Positions 11,332 through 24,373 of a stretch of DNA of 37,355 nt are shown here, piece by piece (position 1 is the stretch's first letter; each line of letters opens with the position of its first letter). Below the pieces are notes generated by a model. The model was not told the origin of the DNA. It saw only the letters and a list, made by a program, of their open reading frames with translations, and ran no database searches. A program made the position numbers and the translations under genes. The stretch lies in contig WELA01002258.1 in NCBI GenBank assembly GCA_009602735.1, forward strand, positions 535,645 through 572,999. The letters run 5' to 3'. This DNA is from Mesotaenium endlicherianum (lineage: Eukaryota).

Positions 11332-13033
11332 TTAGGAGGGAGATGTCCCTGAGGCCCTATACTCAGGGGAGCCAGACTTCCTCCTGTCTTGGGGTCTTGT
11401 GAAGCCTGTCAGAGAAGGAGGTTCCGTGTAAGGACCCGGCGGAGAACGCAGTAATTGGGCTGTTTCCTCTTGCACAGTCTGAAACTGAAGGGAGGCAGCC
11501 TTCTCCTTGGCAGCCCTCAAACTGACAGGTACGTATACCGGCATCCCAGAAGGATGTTGCATGGCATGAGCCAAGGGTACATGCCCTCTCTGCGAGGGAG
11601 ATGCTGGCAGGCCTCTGGCTATCTCCCGAGCAGCCCTCCTGTCTGCCCTGTCTGACTGGGTCTCCTTGCCTGGAGATGGGGTCTGTCCTCTGGCAGTTCC
11701 CAGCCAAGTGATATCCTCCTCTTTAGCGAGTTGCTGTAGGGCCAGCCCCGTCTTCTCCCTTACAGGGGATGTGGCAGGCGTCAGGATCACGGCGGGGCTA
11801 GTGTCCTCCTCCTCGTCTTCCTCCTCGTCTTCCTCTGACTCCTCCTCCTCTCCGTCCCCGGGTTCCTCTGAGACTTCTGGGGTCTCTTCTGTCAGCTGCT
11901 CCAGCTCTTCCCGAGAAAAAGAATATCCTACTGACCTTCNAACCTTCCCCTTTTGGGTNNNNNNNNNNNNNNNNNNNNNNNNNNNNNNNNNNNNNNNNNN
12001 NNNNCATAGAGGTCCTTTTCCCCCTGCTTACTTGCCCATTTGGCATAAGCGTGCTTCACTTTGGAGAATGACTCTCGGGCCCTGCTTCTGTCCCCCTGCA
12101 TCTCTTGGCTCATGCAGTCTCTGACCATCCAATCTTGGGTCCCAAGCCGCAATGTGAGGGGGCAATACTATGTTCCCCTTTAGGTCTGTCAGGAAATCCT
12201 CATCCGTCGCCCTGTCATTCTGCTGGTCCCTCATGTTGATGGTCATCCACCGCCAATCAGTGGGCTTTTGGAAGAAGGCAGCGTCTGTCTTTTTAAGAGT
12301 ACAAGGGTACCAGTGCCCTGCAAAGTCTAGTTGACTGGTTTCCCTGGCCAAGAATTCCCAGCTCCTCCTCTCCACCTCATTATACATGGCCTTGAACCTG
12401 TTATGGGGTGTTGAGTTCTTGAAGCTGTCCGTGTCCATGGGGATTATCCTGATGACCCTATCTTCCCCCCAGATACCAGGAATCGAGACAGCCCCTGCTT
12501 CGTTCACCTGGGCCATTGCCTTGGCCTATCTGACCGTATATCCTACCATCCTGGCGTAATCGTGGTAGAGGAGGAGCCCTGTGCTGACCTCTATATACTT
12601 GTCAAAGTTTTTGGATGTCTCCCCTTCCCTCTAAAGGATTTCCTTCTGCGACTCACTGCGACTTCCCTGGGCATACTTGAAGGCCTCCTCCAGTAGATCA
12701 AAGCCCTTGCCCAGCACTGTGTAGCGGTAGCTGCTGATTCTCCTCTGTTCTTCTTCTTCAGCCTGCTGCTTCCGCTTCTCCTCAGCTTGCNACTTGCCTC
12801 TCNCTCCTCCTCTGCTTTCTTGGCCTCCTCTGCAGCTTTTCTGTCCATTTTTTCCTGCCTCAGTCTGGCCTGTTCCTCCTCCTCCTTCTTCTTCTGCCTC
12901 CCGCTATTGTTGGAGTCGTTGTGATTCTTGAGCGGAGATGGAAGATGATTCGATGTCTCCACGGAATTGCAAGTATTCTGCATGTGCCTCTTCCGCCCTT
13001 CTCTTCCGCTCAAGTTCCAACTTTTGAGTCATC
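11332..13033 (-). pseudogene. Additional sense-strand ORF of unknown function between pol and the 3' LTR of element B (fragmented)
   Basis: Successive minus-strand pieces: coiled-coil (MTQKLELERERRAEEAHAEY...EEEEQARLRQEK), a Trp-rich globular-looking segment (12028-12516), then an acidic/Ser/Pro-rich tail to 11332. Broken by stops, frameshifts and an N gap (11959-12004). Confidence 0.6.
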
Positions 13034-13356
13034 CTGCTGAATCATAAACACAATGCAGTTAGTGAAGTCATGATATTTTGCCGCTACTGAGTGCCCTTGA
13101 TGAAGAGGAACGCGATCGGGAGAATTCCTAGTCTGGAATACCTGGTGTGAGTGAATATAAGGGAAAATTGAGTTAGAGAGCAAGTGAGTGTGAGCGCAGG
13201 TTGAGTGTGTAATATGGTGATCAGAGACTACCACTCCCTCCAACTTAATTGTAAAGGTGGGTTGCCTGTCACAACTGTCACTAACTGTCACATCCCCCTC
13301 CAACTTATATGGAGACAGGACCTCCTGTCAACTTCCCACTTCCACTGAATGGACAG

Positions 13357-16300
13357 TTAGGGCGGTGCCCCAGCCGCCCGAAGGTGGAACCGTTTCAACG
13401 CCCCTTTGACGTTGGTCAGCTGGTCTTTAAATTCCCAAGTGTCCCCAGAGTCATCGTAATCCTTCCATCGGATGAGGTACTTCATGACATATTTAGACGA
13501 TCGACGGACCGAGCGAGCGTCTAAAATCTCCTCGACCTCATACTCCTCAGGATCGCCGTCCCGGACAGCGGGGACCGGTCTCGGTTGGACAAGTAACCGA
13601 CCTGTGAACAGTTTATCACCTTTGATGTATGGTTCCAGGAAGGAGACATTAAAGACTGGGTGACCCTTGTAGTCAGCTGACATGTTCAGTTTGTAAGCAT
13701 TCTGACCGACACGACGTACCACCGAATATGGACCGACCCAGACAGGGCCAAGCTTTTTCTTGACCACACCAGGGAGGTACAGGTGCTGAGAATGCAGTTT
13801 GACTAAATCCCCCTTGGAAAATGTCAGTTCCCGACGGTGTTGATTAGCGTATTTTTGTTGGTTTTCTTGGGCCGTGTGCAAGTTTCGTTGGACTTCTGAC
13901 AGGGTGTCAGCAAACTCCTGAGTTAACTGGAGGGAGACCGGGTTGTCAATCCCTTCAGGGTGAGTTAAAGATTCCCCTAGCACATCTAGAGGAGACTTAG
14001 GGACTCTACCCAGGCTGAGTTCAAAAGGAGTTTTGCCCGTTGACGCGTGCACCGCACTGTTGACCGCAAACTGAATTTGAGGCAACAGGTCATCCCAATT
14101 ATCTTGTTTTTGGTTAATATATGCTCTCAGCACCTCCTGCAGAACTCGGTTAGTTCTTTCAGTCTGCCCATCAGTCTGAGGGTGGTTTGCTGTGCTGAGC
14201 AGCTGTTTGACTCCCATTAACCCCATTAAAGCTCTCCAGAACTTAGAGGTGAATTTTGAGTCTCTGTCTGAGATGATATTAGAAGGGAGCCCATGTTGGC
14301 ATACTACATGGTTGTAAAACTGTCTCGCTGTTTCGAGTGCAGTCACTTTGACAGTTGTGGGGATAAAAATGACCATTTTTGTCAGTTTATCCACGACTAC
14401 CAGTATTGAATCATGCCCGTTGGCAGTTCTTGGTAGTGAGACCACCCAGTCCATGGATATAGTTTCCCAGCGTCCCGCTGGGATGGGTAGCGGTTGCAAG
14501 AGACCTCCGGGTGGTGTGTGCCGAGACTTATTTCTCTGACACTGGTCACAGGACTTGACATATTTCAAGACCTCCCGGGGTAACCCCTCCCAATGATAAT
14601 GTTTTGCCAGTTTGCCAACAGTTTTGGCCTGCCCCAAATGTCCACCCAGGAGACTGTCATGAGCTTGACTCAGTAAGAGAGACCTTATTTCCAAGTTATT
14701 AGGAATGACCAGCTTCAGCCTGCCTGAAGTGGTTTCAGTCACCCAGACCCCTCCCTTAAGCTTATACCCGAGTGCAGTAGCACGACACACACCAGTAGTG
14801 GGGCTGGGCTCAAATGTTGGGTCAGAAAGGTAGGCTTTCCTAAGTTGTTCAAGGAAGGACTTTTTCACCTTTAGTGAAGTGAGTGCACACAGGACTTTAT
14901 CTACAGCATGCTGACTAAAGTTCCTTTCTTGCAAGTCAGGTCTTCTAGAGAGTGCATCAGCAGGATTCAACTTCCCTGGTTTGTAGTCGATCTAGACTTG
15001 GAACTGCTCCAGCATCTGGCTCCAGCGGTTCTCCCTCCTCGACAGCTTGGACTTCTTTTGAAAGTGGGTCAGAGCTAGATGATCTGTAATCACCTTAAAG
15101 GCTTTACCATGTAAGTATGCTCTCCACTGTTTGAGCACATGAATGATTGCTAGCAGCTCCTTATCATGCACTGAGTAATTAATCTCTGATGGATTAAATT
15201 TCATAGACTCGTACAACACAGGGTGCCACTCCTGCCGTACCTTACCCTCCTTTGTGGTCTTGTCAGCAGGCTGCAACAAAATAGCACCCATGGCAAAGTC
15301 AGAGGCATCAGTGACCACCTGCACGGGTTTGCTGGGGTCATACACGGCTAGCACTGGGGCAGAACAAAGGGCCTCTTTAAGGGTTTGGAAGGCAGCCTGC
15401 TGCTCTTCCCCCCACACATACCCTATGTCTTTCTTAGTAAGGTCAGTCAGTTTACTGGCCTTTGTGGAATAATTCTCAATAAATCTCCTATAGTAGTTAG
15501 CCAACCCGAGGAAGGATCTAACTTCAGAGACAGACTGTGGTACTGGCCAGTCCCTTATGGTCTGGACTTTCTTAGGATCCACACTGATGCCCTCTTTACT
15601 GACAACGTGGCCTAAGAATTCGATACTTTCCTTAAAGAAATCACACTTGCTCATTTTAGCATATAAATGATTTTTCCGCAGAGTGTCTAGGACAGTCTTT
15701 AAGTGTTCAGTGTGCTGAGCTTCATCTTTAGAGAAAATTAAAATATCATCCATGAAAACTTGCACAAACTTATCCAAATAAGGTCTGAAATTGTCATTCA
15801 TACCACCCATGAAGGTAGCAGGAGCATTAGTCAGTCCAAATGGCATCACGTTGAACTCATAGTGTCCATAACGTGTGCGGAAGGCAGTCTTGTGTTCATC
15901 CCCCTCAGCAATTTTGATTTGACGATTACCACTCTTGAGATCTATCTTACTGAACACCTTAGCACCAGACAGGGTATCAAGCAAGTCCTCGATTCTGGGT
16001 AAAGCATACTTGTTCTTTACTGTAATTCTGTTCAGGGCTCTGTAATCCACACACATCCGCATACTGCCATCCTTTTTTTTAACAAATAGGATGGGTGCGT
16101 TGTACGGTGATGTACTGGGAGAAATATAACCATTTTCCTCAAGCTCTGCAATCTGTGTTTTTAACTCCTCGCTCTCCACAAAAGACAAGCCATAAGTGCG
16201 TTGCCAGGGTGGCTGACTACCAGGTAAAGAATCAATCCTATGATCTACTTCCCTCTTAGGGGGTAGTCCTGGTGGCATATTAAATACATCCGTGTACTGA

Positions 16301-16920
16301 GCAATCACTGGCTCCTCTCACTTTAACTGTACCTCTGCTCCAACACACTTCAGCTTGATGTCTATTAAGCCAGGACCTGCCTAGCACGAGATCATAAAAG
16401 CCAGTGTTGAGTACCTCAAATGTAAGCGTTTCAGTTAGAACTGCAATGCCAGAACCTAACTGGACCTCAATAGGCTTGGTTATAACTCCTCCCGGGATAC
16501 TTGAGGCATCTCCAAGGAATATCTTTCTATTCCCTTGGGTGACAGTAGGCAGCCTTAGCCGCTTAACTAAGTCCTTGTGAATAAAAGTATGTGACGCCCC
16601 TCCGTCAACAAATGCCCTCACCTTCCTACCTGCAATCATGCAATGCAGTAGGATAGGGGGGACTGTCTTTTCCTGACTTTCGCATTGTTCTCCTGACGTA
16701 GCAAAGAAATGTTGGACATCAGGTGGAACAAGAGCATCCAGAGTGTGCACTCTCTGGACGTCTATATTACTGATGGTCTCCTTTATCTGTTTGTCAGGCA
16801 TGCATAGTGAATCCAGTTCAGCAGGACCCATAATACCTGCTACGAGGGCAGCTAGTGACGACTCACTATCTCTAGCATCCTCACAGTCAGTAGACTGGAT
16901 TACTGACTGTTGCTGTCTTT
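13357..16920 (-). pseudogene. pol of element B: protease, RT, RNase H, integrase, chromodomain
   Basis: [93 protein letters not shown]. Frameshift near 16305 and one stop at 14992-14994. Confidence 0.96.
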
Positions 16921-18378
16921 TAAAGGCTGGTCTTTTCTCTCGACCTTAGGCAGGTGCTTGACCGGACACTGTTCTCTGTAGTGGCCTTTCTGCTGACAAT
17001 GGTAGCAAGTAGATTTTGCTGAGGCTGGTCTCGGCTTAGTCCTACCACCACCCCTTCCATAGCCACCTCGAGAGGGACCACCTCTACCTCTAGACTGAAT
17101 AGCATTGTACTCATACTCATATTCATCACCCTGATTATCCTCAGCCTGGTCTCCTTCAACTGCATTGTAGGAACCGTGGGGCTTTTTGACAATCTTAGAC
17201 ACCAAAGCGTTACTCTGGCGCTTGTGATTGAACTGCTGCTGATCCCAGGCGTCAGCATCCTGGATCAAGTCAGCCAGTTTCTCATACTTTTTCTCAGCAA
17301 AATGACCAGAGACCTCGGATTTCAAGCCATACCTGAAGTATGCTATCCTATACCGTTCTGGCAAATCTGGCTGCTTCATCATGTTCTCTTGGAACTTTTG
17401 AGCAAACTCAGCAACTGAAGTGGTCTGCTTCAGTGTCAGGGAGATCATCGCATAGATAGCTTTCTCCTGCTGGTTGATGACATCAAACTTCTCATGCAAC
17501 TTCTCGACAAACTCTACCCACGTAGGGTCATCGAGTTGCCGAGCCTTACGCTCTCCTTTCCAGTAAAACTACCAGTCTGCGGCACTGCCTTTCAGTAGCG
17601 CACCAGTGTGCCTGACCTTCTCGTGATCTTGCAGTTCTGGGTAGTTCTCCAGCCACTGCTCAACATCCGCGAGAAACTTGATCAGGTAATATTTTCTGTT
17701 TCCCTCAGGATCATATTCCTGGGGAGGTTTCGGCTTGGGCTTACTAGGCCCTCGGCCACCACCACTAGTGGTTTGAGACCCCAGTTGGTCTCTGTCCCGC
17801 AGTAGAGACATTATGATTCTTTTGTCCTCCTGTTGGGACTGATACATGGTCGCCATTTGCGACTGCATTTGAACGAACAATGCTCCCAAGTCTACACTCT
17901 GGGGTGGTATTCTATCAAAAGCAGCAGCAGCATTGGCATCCACTCGCTGAGTAGTGTTCTCAATAGTCCCTCTCGCTCCTGCAGCAGCAATTCCTGCCGC
18001 ATTCAGCCGGTCACGTATCTGATCTAGGGGTACATTGGGTTGTACAGCAGGAGGTGGGTTCAGAATATTGGCCCTTGATGCCATAAGTTCTTCAACAGTG
18101 CGCTCGTCAGCTGGCTGTCCTTCCCTCCTTTCTGTATCTTCAACGGCCTTTGCTAACTGTTCAGCTTCTAATCTGGCTCTCTCCTCCTCAGCTTGCTGTG
18201 CTGCGACTGCGGCAATAGCAGCTGCCTCATCTGCAGCCTCTCTAGCTGCAGTATCTGCCACTGCTTCAGAATAGGTACGGGTTCCCGCTACATGGCTTTC
18301 CGCCTGGTTTTCGACATTCTCGTTATCCTGGTTCTCCATGTCTCGGGAGTTGCTAGTTTGAGACCTTGTCCTTACCAT
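16900..18378 (-). pseudogene. gag of element B
   Basis: MVRTRSQ start, KPKPPQEYD, LKGSAADW* (single TAG at 17569-17571, same frame continues), LKQTTSVAEFAQKF, RGG-rich stretch and knuckle CYHCQQKGHYREQC. Confidence 0.93.
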
Positions 18379-18398
18379 ACAAAGAAGACTGTGATAAC

Positions 18399-18411
18399 TG
18401 CTCCGATACCA
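18399..18411 (-). other. Primer binding site of element B (initiator tRNA-Met type)
   Basis: Minus strand TGGTATCGGAGCA, 1 nt from the LTR. Confidence 0.9.
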
Positions 18412-18412
18412 C

Positions 18413-19133
18413 TGAAATGAATCGACTTACCAAATAGGCGATTAACAATTAATAAAGATCTTTATATCAGCAAGTAATCTTTATGGTATTTTCCGTTAAC
18501 TGGTTAAACGGCAAAGGACAACACACTAGCAGTGAATAATACTCGTAAGTCAAATGCGAGTAAACTAGCATCAATAATGCAAATCAGTAAACTCATACAT
18601 AAGCAAGGTTAGAAGACAGTGCGTATCAATGGCTTCTCGCTTTGGATTCAGATCTTTCTCAGTAAACTGTACAAGAGAGTTGGCCTTGTTTCCGAATGCC
18701 GAACTCAAGAGCAATGCCTAGCATATGTACATGGAATGAGTTTACTGTTCAACGGTCAGTGCGATGGCACCGCCTACCCGGGAGTTAACCACGTTGGTAG
18801 GACCTCGGTTAACCAAATCCACCGCCATCTCCCATCATCCCGAATCGCCATCCATCCGAAGGATGTCATCTGGCCATTCATCTAGCATACCACACTTAGA
18901 TGCATATCGAGGCAGTTTGCTGCTACCGAGTACGGTAGTCAGCTGGCTGTCAAAGGATGTGTCAGCAAGCTGACTTAAGGTGACATCAGCCTGCTACTTC
19001 CGGCCGAGTCATTAAACTGATATTAAATATAAAGTCCAGCAGACTAATCACTAACTAGAGTTCAGCAGGCTAAACTTATTTAACTATATTATTTAAATGA
19101 ATATTATGTCAACCAATATACTGATTCATTACA
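18413..19133 (-). repeat. 5' LTR of element B (721 bp)
   Basis: Direct repeat of 10527-11246, adjacent to the minus-strand PBS. Confidence 0.97.
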
Positions 19134-19138
19134 GTTAT

Positions 19139-19779
19139 GGATTTCCGAAGTTTAATTAGTTTTGAGGTCGGTTGACGACTGTCCTTAATTGGCGATGAGC
19201 GCGACCGTCGGATTGACCGACAGCGTCGAACGATCTGGCCCGTTAGAATGAACTCGAACCTTCACGTAAGTTCGGCTGACGCGGAGTGTCGACTAGGTCG
19301 ATTTACCTAGAAGTTTCGGTTTAGCCTAACGCGTCTAAGATAGAATATTCTAGTAATGTCGATGCATGTATGTGGACGTCAATTCGGCCCGACACGTCAG
19401 NTGTATGTGGACGTCAATTCGGCCCGGCACGTTAGATTGGACTGATCTGGCTCACTTACGGATATTCCAGAAGGGACGATTTGACGAACACTTAGGAAAA
19501 TCCGTAGCTTCCTCCTCTAGAGGAGCACTTAGGCAGAAAGTTATAAATAGGCATAACTTCTTTGTTTCTTACCAGTTTTCACTTCTGTAAATTTTTACGG
19601 GTTTGTAATGACAAGACCTTCCATCCTAGTACAATTGTGAGCAGTTTCTTTCCACTCAAAATGTCAAGTAATTTTCTTAAGCTTTCTTAGCAATATGTCG
19701 CTGCACTCTGAGTATGATTGCAACTAGCTTTGTTCCTCGTGAGTCACTACGCTTCCACTAGGGCACTCTGCCCCTTTCA
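19139..19779 (+). repeat. 5' LTR of element A, second part
   Basis: Matches the rest of 24361-25104, ends ...GCCCCTTTCA and is followed by the PBS. Confidence 0.95.
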
Positions 19780-19781
19780 TC

Positions 19782-19794
19782 TGGTATCGGAGCA
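19782..19794 (+). other. Primer binding site of element A (initiator tRNA-Met type)
   Basis: TGGTATCGGAGCA, 2 nt after the 5' LTR; the canonical form is TGGTATCAGAGC. Confidence 0.9.
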
Positions 19795-19816
19795 GGGCTA
19801 GTTTGCATATTATATT

Positions 19817-20775
19817 ATGGAGTCGCAGCCGGCAGCTGGAGGATGCGAACATGTCGAGCATGTCGAGCGCGCGGGGCAGCAGGCAACACCAACAATGACT
19901 AGAGAGCAACAGGAGATGCAGGCGATGCTAAGGCAAATGGCAAATGCAATTGGAGGAGAAGTCTACGCCCAATTTCAACAAAATATGCGCGCGGAAGTGG
20001 TGAGAATGGTGCGAGTTGTTGTTGGGAATGCCGCTTCGACTAATTCGGCACCTGCACCCGTTGTACCACCGATTCATGTTAACCCAGTGGTGCAACCAGT
20101 TATCCCACCCGCATCAGGAGTGCGTGCGCCTAAGCCTGAAGTTTATACTGGAGAGCGTGGATCGTCGCCTTTGTCATAACTTTGCTGCAGAAGAGTGCTG
20201 GAGCTTGGTATGAACGAGAGGAGCAGCTGTCTGGAATTCCTGCTTCTGTTGATCAGCTCTTTGAAGGCTTGAAGAGGCAATTTCAACCTATTGCACCCGA
20301 GGCTACCGCTCGAGATCTATTGGTGCGCCTTCGTCAACGAGCAAGCGTTCAAGAGTATGTATCGCGCTTCAACGAGCTGGTGCTTCAATGTCCATCCATG
20401 CACGAGTCGGAGATGATGGACAAATTCAAGAGGGGACTCAAGCCAACTGTGGCCAAGGAAGTGGCGCTCAAGGACCCTACCAGTCTTGGAGAAATGATGG
20501 CATTGGCAACAAGGGTCGACGCTGTGGAGTATAGTCAGAGGCAGTGGGACAGCCACAACTTTGGAGGATATCGACACTTTGGATCTCAAGCGCCAAGCAC
20601 GAGTGTTCAAGGTCCAGTACCTATGGAGTTTGGACTTGTGCAGTTTCAGCGCAGGCAGCAGAATTTTAAGCCGAGAGGACCCTGCTATAATTGCGGCAAG
20701 CTTGGACATCTGGCTCGAGACTGTCATGTGAAGGCGAAGCAACCTCAACAGCAGGAAAAAGGAGGACGCCAGTAA
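19817..20775 (+). pseudogene. gag of element A
   Basis: RAPKPEVYTG, LRQRASVQEYVSRF, GPVPMEFG and zinc knuckle CYNCGKLGHLARDC. Stop/frame break near 20177-20182, probably a deletion. Confidence 0.92.
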
Positions 20776-23700
20776 GTCGTTCTGGGGTGTCTACTGGCGT
20801 GAAGACGAGGACTCACAAGAAGGTTATCCCCAGGAGCCTGCCAAGAAGCAAAGGACGAGATGTTGACAAGTCTATCATCGTGGACAAAGTGGTCGACGGC
20901 AACAAGGCGAAGTGTATGGTCGACAGTGGCGCAAGTGCAAATTTTGTGCACAAGAAGCTGGTGAAACAGTGGCGAATCCTTGTGCAGAAGCATTATGAGC
21001 CTAAGGAGGCAATTTTGGCGAATGGGCAGAAACTCAAGTGTGGTGCACCTACGGAAGCTATTCACGTAGAAGTAGCGGGGCACCAGAGTACTGAAGTTAT
21101 GGAGCAGGCAGAGTTAGGTCATCATGAGGTGATATTGGGCCGACCATGGCTCAGAAAAGCCAACCCTCAAGTGCACTGGAGCACAGGACAAGTGAAAGTC
21201 TAAGGGCGTGATGGTCAAATGGAGACATCAAAACAGGTAGAGGTAGATACGACCACAAGTAACTGTCTTCTGTTGAGCTCGCAAGTTAAGAAGCTATGCA
21301 GGGCAAATCAGGTGAAGGAGATGTACCTTGTTTCGGTGGCCCTGGCCAGGTCACCAGATGGAGCAAGCGTGAACCCTAACAGCCTGGGCGAATGTACATC
21401 GCCGGAGGAGCAAGTAGTGGTGTCTGATCCCCTTGCTCAGATGGAGCAGAGCCCAACTGCTCAAGAGAAGAAGCCTGCTGAGATGCCTGCCCAAATTAAG
21501 ACGTTGTTGAAGGAGTTCAAGAACATTTTTCCTGAGGAGCTACCTGTAGGATTACCTCCACAGAGAGCTATGGAGCACAAGATCAAGTTGGAACCAGGGA
21601 GCAAGCCACCAGTGAGACCCGCCTATTGTCAATCGTTTGCGGAGTTGGACAAATTGAAGAAGCAGCTGCCAGAGTTGTTGGAGAAGGGATTCATCCGACC
21701 TAGCGAGTCTCCATTTGCAGCGCCAGTCTTATTTGTGAAGAAGAAGGATGGGACTATGAGGATGTGTGTCGACTACCGGGCTCTCAACAATGTCACCATC
21801 AAGAACAGGTACCGACTTCCACGAGTGGACGAGTTGATTGACAGGCTTGTCGGGGCAAAGTATTTCTCGAAGATCGATTTGAGGAGTGGCTATCACCAGG
21901 TACGAATTGCGGAATGAGATGTTCACAAGACTGCTTTCAAAACTCGCTATGGTTTGTTCGAGTTCACAGTCATGCCTTTTGGATTGACTAATGCACCTGC
22001 TACATTCATGGGACTCATGAATAGTATCTTCAGACCCTACTTGGACCAGTTTGTGGTGGTATTTTCGGACGACATCCTGATCTATTCGAAGACCTTGGAA
22101 GAGCACGTGGAGCATCTGAGGAAGGTGTTGGAGGTCTTGAGAGATCAAAAGCTATATGGGAAGATGAGCAAGTGTGATTTCGGTCTCAAGGAGGTCGAGT
22201 TTCTTGGGCACATAGTGGGGGCTAAAGGAGTCAAGGTGGAGCAGAAGAAGGTACAAGCAGTCAGAGATTGGCCGGTGCCTGCTGATATTCATTAACTCAG
22301 GAGTTTCCTCGGCATGGCAAGTTATTATCGACGTTTCATTGAAGGATTTTCCAAGGTGTGTGCACCGCTCACGGACATGTTGAAGAAGCAGGAGAAGTGG
22401 CTATGGGGTGACAAGGAGCAGCAAGCCTTTGAGAAGATTAAGGAGCTGATGACACAGGCACCTGTGTTGGCAATTGCAAGTCCAGAACTTCCTTTCACCA
22501 TCATCACAGACGCATCAAATTTTGCAGTGGGAGCCATTCTTCTCCAGGACCAGGGCAAAGGATTGCAGCCTGTGGCATATGAGAGCAGGAAGCTGAGTCC
22601 TGCGGAGCAGAACTATGCAACACACGAGCGAGAGATGTTGGCTGTTATCCAGGCTTGGAGGATTTGGCGATGTTACGTGGACGGTCGGAAGGTGTTCATC
22701 AAGACCGACCACAAGAGCTTGGAGAAGTTTATGACGCAACCAACGTTGACACCAAGACAGGCAAGGTGGATGGAGTTCCTGCAACAGTTCGACCACAAGA
22801 TTGAGTATTTACCTGGGAAGATCAACCCTGCAGATGCTTTATCCAGAAGGTGTGACCTTGCAGCTGTCTTGGTCATCAAGGAGAGTATGGACTTCAAGGA
22901 GAAGCTTCAAAGAGGTTATGAGGAGGACCCAGAGTTTGCTGATGGTGGGGCAGTTGAGTTCAACGCGAATATGCAGAAGAAGGACGGCATATGGTATTAT
23001 GGTGATTCCAACAGAGTGGTGGTACCTGATATCAAGGAGCTACGAGACTTATTACTTGCGGCGCATCATGATTGCTTATATGCTGGACACTTTGGAAGCG
23101 AGAAGACGGCAAGCGTGCTGAAGCGGGAGTACTATTGGAGAAATATGAACAAGGACATCGAGGAGTGGATTAGGAGTTGTGATGCGTGCCAGAGAAACAA
23201 GACGCCACATCAAAAGAAGGGAGGTACATTGCTGCCTTTGCCTACTTCAGAGTATCCTTGGGAGCAGATTGCTCTGGACTTCATCACATCGTTACCAGTC
23301 AGTGGTCAAGGCACGATGCAGTATGGGTTGTGTCTGACAGACTCAGCAAGATGGTTCACTTCATTCCCATGAAGGAGACTTCTTCGGCAGCGGATTTGGC
23401 AAGGCTATTCTTTGATCATATTTACAGGCTACATGGGTTGCCGAAGGTGATTGTTTTAGATTGGGATCCAAGGTTTACTAGCAGCTTTTGGCGGTCATTG
23501 TTTACTTTGATGGGGACCAAGTTGAGTATGAGCACTTCCTATCACCCTCAGACAGACGGGAAAAGTGAGAGGCTCAACAGAACTCTGCAAGAGGTGCTCA
23601 GGAGTTTCACTATGGAAGACCCTTCAGAGTGGGATAAGAAGCTGTTAAGATTGGAGTTTGCCTACAACAACAGCATGCAGGGATCCACCAAGCAGTCACC

Positions 23701-24373
23701 ATTCGCTATGGTTTATGGGCGAGAAGTATATCATCCAGGGAACATCTTGTTGGAGAAGGCCAAGGAGACTCAGGTTCCTACTACACAAGCTTTTATGGAG
23801 CAGATGGCCAACACTTGGGATATGGCGAAGACGTGTACTCGGAAGGCACAAGAAGAGCAGGACAAGCATGCTAACAAGCACAGGAGGGAAGTGATATTCC
23901 ATGTGGGCGACAAAGTACGATTGGCCACAGAGAACCTACCTTTCACAGGCAAGAGGAAACTGCGGGCACGGTTTACAGGTCCCTTTGTAGTGCTCAAGCA
24001 GGTGAATCCAGTGGCCTACAAGTTGGAACTTGCTTCAGGATGGCGTATCCATGACGTGTTCCATGTCAGTTGTCTGCGGCCATACGTTGACCCGAATGAA
24101 GGACATCCAGGACGACTACCTACACCGCCACCACCGGTCAAGATCGATGATGTATTGGAGTATGAAGTGGAGGCAATTGTCGGCGATCGACAAGTCAAGG
24201 GAGGTCAACGATTTGTCCAAGAGTATCTGGTCAAGTGGAAAGGCTACCATGCGGACGACAACACTTGGGAGCCAGAGGCCAACTTGACTCATTGTAAGAG
24301 TAAGTTGAGATGTTATTTGCAGGATGCGTCGAGGACGTCGCATCTTGAGGAGGGGGATGATGTAAGGTCATAG
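20760..24373 (+). pseudogene. pol of element A: protease, RT, RNase H, integrase, chromodomain
   Basis: [72 protein letters not shown]...YLVKWKGY...TWEP. In-frame stops ending at 21203, 21917 and 22295; frameshift near 23300. Confidence 0.96.
24347..24357 (+). other. Polypurine tract of element A
   Basis: GAGGAGGGGGA, 3 nt before the 3' LTR. Confidence 0.9.

Larger units (their letters stand above)
10527..19133 (-). mobile_element. Ty3/Gypsy chromovirus LTR retrotransposon B (inner), inserted antisense in the 5' LTR of A
   Basis: ~720-bp LTRs, TSD GTTAT at 10522-10526 and 19134-19138, PBS, gag, pol with chromodomain and an extra 3' ORF region. Confidence 0.97.

Noticed and set aside
19367..19436. 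35-bp tandem duplication in the 5' LTR of element A
   Set aside because: The two copies are joined by an N and the 3' LTR has one copy, so this is most likely a contig-join artefact.
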